DNA of 64,000 nucleotides from Escherichia coli O157:H7 (GTDB lineage Bacteria; Pseudomonadota; Gammaproteobacteria; Enterobacterales; Enterobacteriaceae): NCBI RefSeq assembly GCF_013167455.1, contig NZ_CP038328.1; one strand, 5' to 3'. Shown piece by piece: positions 59,662 to 64,000 of this stretch (position 1 is its first letter; each line of letters starts with the position of its first letter). The notes under the pieces were generated by a model. It saw only the letters and a program-made list of their open reading frames with translations, ran no database searches and was not told where the DNA came from. The position numbers and the translations under genes were made by a program.

Positions 59662-62043
59662 ATGGATACGCCAGACGAAAAGGAACGCATTACATTTCCG
59701 CAAGTATCACGACGTAGTTTTTTACAAGCGACTTCCGCGCTTATCACTTTGCCTTTTATTTCTTCTACCGCAAAGGCGCAATCCCCAGATGCGTCGCCAG
59801 AAGTTACAGCTCCAGTAGCTGATAAAGTCGTGCCCACCTGTAGCACATTTGACTGCGGTGGTAAGTGCGATATTCGGGCGCATATGCGCGACGGCGTGGT
59901 GACGCAAATTACCACGCTTCCCGATAACGAATTGGATCCACAAATGCCGATTATGCGCGCCTGTGTTCGTGGTCGCGGCTATCGTAAATTTGTTTATCAT
60001 CCAGACCGTTTGAAATATCCGATGAAGCGGGTAGGTAAACGAGGCGAGGGTAAATTTGAGCGTATCTCATGGGATGAGGCGACGACCTTAATTGCCGATA
60101 ACCTGAAAAGGATCACGCAACAATATGGCCCAGCTTCACGTTATGTCCATGTCGGGACGGCTGTTTCTGGTGGAACATTTTCTGGCGATGCGATGGCGCG
60201 TCGGCTGTTAAATTTAACCGGTGGTTATCTTGAATATTATCACTCAGTTAGTCTGGGTAATACTGCGGCGGCCACGCCTTACACGTATGGCGTGGCCGCG
60301 AGCGGTAACTCGATGGATACTCTTCTGGATACCAAACTGGTGATTCTCTGGGGGCATAACCCAACGGAAACCATATTCGGTCACACCAATTACTATTTTC
60401 AAAAAATGAAGCAAAACGGTACACGTTTTATCGTGGTGGATCCGCGCTATTCCGACACCGTATCTTCACTTGCCGATCAGTGGATCCCGCTGTTGCCGAC
60501 CACGGACAATGCGTTGATGGACGCGATGATGTACGTCATTATCAGCGAGAATCTCCACGATAAGACATTTATCGACACATATACTCTCGGTTTTGATGAA
60601 AACTCCATGCCGGAAGGCGTACCAGCCAACGAATCGTTGGTTGCCTACCTTTTTGGCGCAAAAGATGGGATACACAAAACGCCGGAATGGGCAGAAAAAA
60701 TTACCCACGTTCCAGCACAATCCATTCGTCAACTGGCACGCGATTACGCCACTACAAAACCCGCAGCGTTGATTCAGGGATGGGGGCCACAGCGACATAT
60801 TTGCGGCGAACGCACCGCCCGAGGTTCAACTTTACTGGCCTCGATTACCGGTAACGTCGGCATCAAAGGTGGCTGGGCGGCAGGTTACGGCGGTAGTTCT
60901 AATCGTAAATTCTGCGTTGGACCAGATATGCCAGAAAATCCGGTACAAGCGAAAATCTCGATTATGAACTGGATGCAGGCGGCGGATGATGCTTCTAAAG
61001 TTACGCCGCAAGATGGGCTTAAAGGTGTCGATAAACTCGACAGTAATATCCGCCTGCTGTTCTCACTGGCAGGTAATTATCTGGCGAACCAGAACCCGGA
61101 CGTCCACCAGGCCGCGAAGCTCCTTGAAGACGAATCTAAAATAGAATTCATCGTACTCAGCGATCTGTTCATGACTCCGAGCGCGAAATATGCCGATGTG
61201 TTGCTGCCGGAAACCAGCTTTATGGAACGCTGGAATATCGGCGAAACATGGGGAACTGCGAGCTATCTTATTCTGTCAGAAAAACCGATTGAGCCGGATT
61301 TTGAACGTCGCACCGATTATGACTGGTTGCGTGACGTGGCGAAAAAACTGGGTGTCGAAGCCGAGTTCAGTCAAGGACGTGATGAGAAGCAATGGATCGA
61401 GCATATCTGGGAGCAAACTCGTCTGGCGATGCCGGATGAAAATTTGCCGGACTTCGCAACCCTGCAAAAAACACGTCGACATCTTTTCAAAAGCGCGCCG
61501 CACATCGCTTTCGAAGCAAATATTCGCGATCCGCAGAATAATCCTTTCCCGACGCCTTCCGGCAAAATTGAGATCTTCTCTAAGCGTCTTTTTGATATGC
61601 AAGATCCAGAAATTCCCGCGCTTTCGCACTATGTCCCTGCCTTTGAAGGGCCAGAAGATAAACTGACGGCGAAATACCCGTTGCAGCTCATCACCTGGAA
61701 AGGGAAAAACCGTGCTAATTCCACCCAGTATGCTAACCCGTGGCTGCAAGAAGTTCAGACGCAAAAACTCTGGCTGAATCCGCAAGATGCAAAACAGCGC
61801 GGGATTAGCGAAGGAGATAGCGTAAAAATTTATAACGATCGTGGTGTGAGCATTATCCCGGTGGAAATAATCCCCCGTATCATCCCTGGCGTAGTTGCTA
61901 TGCAGGCGGGGGCATGGTGGCAACCGGATGCACAAGGTATCGATCGCGGAGGCTGTGCCAATGTACTGAGTTCGACCCGCATTACGGCGCTGGCGAAAGG
62001 GAATTCGCATCAAACAATGCTGGTGGAGGTTGAGAAAGCATGA
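59662..62043 (+). CDS. DMSO-reductase-family molybdopterin oxidoreductase catalytic subunit (DmsA-like, Tat-exported)
   Basis: 793 aa; twin-arginine motif SRRSFLQ; N-terminal Cys cluster CSTFDCGGKC; extensive similarity to DmsA (e.g. RLKYPMKRVG.RGEGKFERISWDEA). Confidence 0.88.
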   Translation: MDTPDEKERITFPQVSRRSFLQATSALITLPFISSTAKAQSPDASPEVTAPVADKVVPTCSTFDCGGKCDIRAHMRDGVVTQITTLPDNELDPQMPIMRACVRGRGYRKFVYHPDRLKYPMKRVGKRGEGKFERISWDEATTLIADNLKRITQQYGPASRYVHVGTAVSGGTFSGDAMARRLLNLTGGYLEYYHSVSLGNTAAATPYTYGVAASGNSMDTLLDTKLVILWGHNPTETIFGHTNYYFQKMKQNGTRFIVVDPRYSDTVSSLADQWIPLLPTTDNALMDAMMYVIISENLHDKTFIDTYTLGFDENSMPEGVPANESLVAYLFGAKDGIHKTPEWAEKITHVPAQSIRQLARDYATTKPAALIQGWGPQRHICGERTARGSTLLASITGNVGIKGGWAAGYGGSSNRKFCVGPDMPENPVQAKISIMNWMQAADDASKVTPQDGLKGVDKLDSNIRLLFSLAGNYLANQNPDVHQAAKLLEDESKIEFIVLSDLFMTPSAKYADVLLPETSFMERWNIGETWGTASYLILSEKPIEPDFERRTDYDWLRDVAKKLGVEAEFSQGRDEKQWIEHIWEQTRLAMPDENLPDFATLQKTRRHLFKSAPHIAFEANIRDPQNNPFPTPSGKIEIFSKRLFDMQDPEIPALSHYVPAFEGPEDKLTAKYPLQLITWKGKNRANSTQYANPWLQEVQTQKLWLNPQDAKQRGISEGDSVKIYNDRGVSIIPVEIIPRIIPGVVAMQAGAWWQPDAQGIDRGGCANVLSSTRITALAKGNSHQTMLVEVEKA

Positions 62044-62669
62044 GCCAATTTAAAGAATTTGCATCTGTCAGCGACAAACAATTAGGGTTCTTTATTGACT
62101 CTTCGCGTTGTTCGGGCTGTAAAGCGTGTCAGGTGGCCTGTAAAGACAAAAACAACCTTGAGGTTGGGCGACGTTTTCGCCGCGTGTATGAAGTGAACGG
62201 AGGTGGCTTCATCGCCACTGGAGAGGGCGGTGTGAGTCATAATGTCTTTGCTTATACCCTTTCTGTTTCCTGTAACCATTGCGCGGATCCGATCTGTACC
62301 AAAAATTGCCCGACGATGGCGATGCATAAGCGTCCCGGAGACGGTATTGTGCGCGTGAATACTGATAAGTGCGTCGGTTGCGGTTACTGCGCCTGGTCCT
62401 GTCCTTACGGCGCACCACAAATGAATGAGCAGACCGGGCAGATGTCGAAATGCGATTTCTGTATTGATCTGCAAGCTAAAGGAGAACAACCCATTTGCGT
62501 GGCAACGTGCCCGTTGGGGGCGATTAAGTTCGGCCCTATTGATGAGTTGCGTGAAAAGTATGGCGATGTCAGTGATGTGAAAGGTTTACCTGATTCGTCG
62601 ATTACGCAGCCAAATCTGGTGATTAAACCGCATCAGGGCGCGGAAAAGGAGGCGTCACATCATGCATGA
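62040..62669 (+). CDS. 4Fe-4S electron-transfer subunit (DmsB-like)
   Basis: 209 aa; four Cys clusters; start overlaps the upstream stop (ATGA). Confidence 0.88.
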   Translation: MSQFKEFASVSDKQLGFFIDSSRCSGCKACQVACKDKNNLEVGRRFRRVYEVNGGGFIATGEGGVSHNVFAYTLSVSCNHCADPICTKNCPTMAMHKRPGDGIVRVNTDKCVGCGYCAWSCPYGAPQMNEQTGQMSKCDFCIDLQAKGEQPICVATCPLGAIKFGPIDELREKYGDVSDVKGLPDSSITQPNLVIKPHQGAEKEASHHA

Positions 62670-63483
62670 ATTACCGTTAATGGCTTTTACGCTGTTGTTA
62701 CAGGCATCGGTCGGTATGACGTTGTGGCTGGCGTTTCTTCATCGTCATATTTTAATCACCTCCAGCGCCCGCCCGGTTATGCGGCCGCCATTACTGTTGG
62801 CTTTTTTGGCAGGTGCCGTAGGGTTACTGATTTCTACCTTACACCTGGGTTATCCACTTAATGCGATGCATGCGCTGAGCCACTTTTCCAGTTCATGGCT
62901 GAGTCGGGAAATTATCTTTGGTGCGCTGTATCTGGCGCTATTGGGTTTATCCACATTACTGGTCATGTTACGCAAAGGCGGCTGGCAACTCCTGCTTATG
63001 CTAGCGGCAGTGGTCGGGATTGTTGATGTTTTCTGCATGGCGCAAGTTTACATCCATACGTCGATTATCACCTGGCAGCATTACAACACGCTGATTATGT
63101 TCTTAGGTACAGTGGGAATTCTCGGTTCAGCGCTGGTAGCAGTGTTTCGTATTAGCGGAATTTTGCCGCAGATTGATGCCCTGCGTAATGGATGCGTGTT
63201 GGTGATCGCTCTCCTGGTTCTGCTGCGTTTGTTGGTTCAGCCGTTGTGGATAGGGGATTTAACGGCAAATGCGATGCAGATAGCCACATTGCCACATGCG
63301 CCATTAGCGATGCTGGGACAGTTAAAACCCATACTGACACTAAGCTGGGGAATTTCCGTCATTGGGATGATGTTCTTTGCTGTCGGTGGTTGTAAAAAGA
63401 ATATCCCGGCGGCGTTATTCGGTAGCGTAATGCTAGTGGGGAGTGAAGTTATGCTGCGTTTTGTCTTTTTTAGTATCGGCTAA
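62662..63483 (+). CDS. Membrane anchor subunit (DmsC-like)
   Basis: 273 aa, hydrophobic multi-pass; AAAGGAGG Shine-Dalgarno; start overlaps the DmsB-like stop by 8 nt. Confidence 0.8.
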   Translation: MHELPLMAFTLLLQASVGMTLWLAFLHRHILITSSARPVMRPPLLLAFLAGAVGLLISTLHLGYPLNAMHALSHFSSSWLSREIIFGALYLALLGLSTLLVMLRKGGWQLLLMLAAVVGIVDVFCMAQVYIHTSIITWQHYNTLIMFLGTVGILGSALVAVFRISGILPQIDALRNGCVLVIALLVLLRLLVQPLWIGDLTANAMQIATLPHAPLAMLGQLKPILTLSWGISVIGMMFFAVGGCKKNIPAALFGSVMLVGSEVMLRFVFFSIG

Positions 63484-64000
63484 TGTTAAGTCATAACATA
63501 ACGATTGGCGCGGAATGCGCGCGCCAACGCTTTCGTTTTGCAACATGTCATGCCTGTGTCGAGGCTTGCCCGGCACAGGCGCTAACGCTGACAGAAGAGG
63601 GCATAGCGGTCGACGCGGAACAATGTATTGATTGTGCGGTTTGCCAGTTTATTTGTCCGCAAGAGGCTATTCGTGGCGTTAATTCCCCTTTACGTTATTT
63701 TTGCAATCACACCCTGGTCGCACCTTTCACCACTATTGCGCCGACGCTGGAAGAACTTTTGCTATGGCATAAAGAGCAGGGGATCACAGCGATCGCGATT
63801 GATCTGAGTCAGGCGAAGGCATGGGAGCGCGCATTATTGCTGTTAAACGAATGCTTACGGCAATATGGCGAGGAAGGCTGGTCTGTGGTATCTCCACATA
63901 CCAGTGAGGTGAATGTTTCCCGGCGTCGTTTGTTCCATGTGCAGCGTGCGGATGTTCAGATGACACAAATACAACCAGGATTACGTCGGTTACATTATTT
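63483..64000 (+). CDS. Ferredoxin-like protein with a C-terminal domain of unknown function (3' end lies outside the window)
   Basis: ATG overlaps the DmsC-like stop (TAATG); open frame to the window end; motifs C-x9-C-x2-C-x3-CP and CIDCAVCQFICP; not listed in the ORF track because no stop is reached. Confidence 0.6.
   Translation, partial: MLSHNITIGAECARQRFRFATCHACVEACPAQALTLTEEGIAVDAEQCIDCAVCQFICPQEAIRGVNSPLRYFCNHTLVAPFTTIAPTLEELLLWHKEQGITAIAIDLSQAKAWERALLLLNECLRQYGEEGWSVVSPHTSEVNVSRRRLFHVQRADVQMTQIQPGLRRLHY

Overview
This window is an Escherichia coli chromosomal segment whose gene order matches the K-12 b2519–b2568 region read in reverse, as I recall it. It runs lepB(partial)-rnc-era-recO-pdxJ-acpS, the shoB/ohsC type I toxin-antitoxin locus, yfhL-yfhH, pgpC-tadA, mltF, purL, glmY, glrK-qseG-glrR-glnB, hmp, glyA, the poorly characterised yphH/yphGFEDCB/yphA sugar-transport-like cluster, the hca phenylpropionate dioxygenase operon with hcaR and hcaT, csiE, yfhR, suhB, trmJ, the complete isc operon (iscRSUA-hscBA-fdx-iscX), pepB, sseB, the ryfA locus, sseA, and yfhM-pbpC. 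Almost all of it is ordinary core genome. Three things depart from that: (1) downstream of pbpC, where K-12 has ndk, there is a four-gene DMSO-reductase-family operon (Tat-signal molybdoenzyme, 4Fe-4S subunit, membrane anchor, and a ferredoxin-like protein cut off by the window end) behind a very AT-rich leader with an FNR-like site; (2) yphC carries an in-frame TAG stop at codon 64, so it is probably a pseudogene in this strain; (3) two intergenic regions have the layout of type I toxin-antitoxin modules (shoB/ohsC, and a ryfA/timP-like locus with a small hydrophobic ORF and a divergent complementary repeat). No CRISPR array, IS element, integrase, tRNA or rRNA was seen. Gene names rest on recalled protein sequences and synteny, not on a database search; all coordinates were counted by hand from the sequence.
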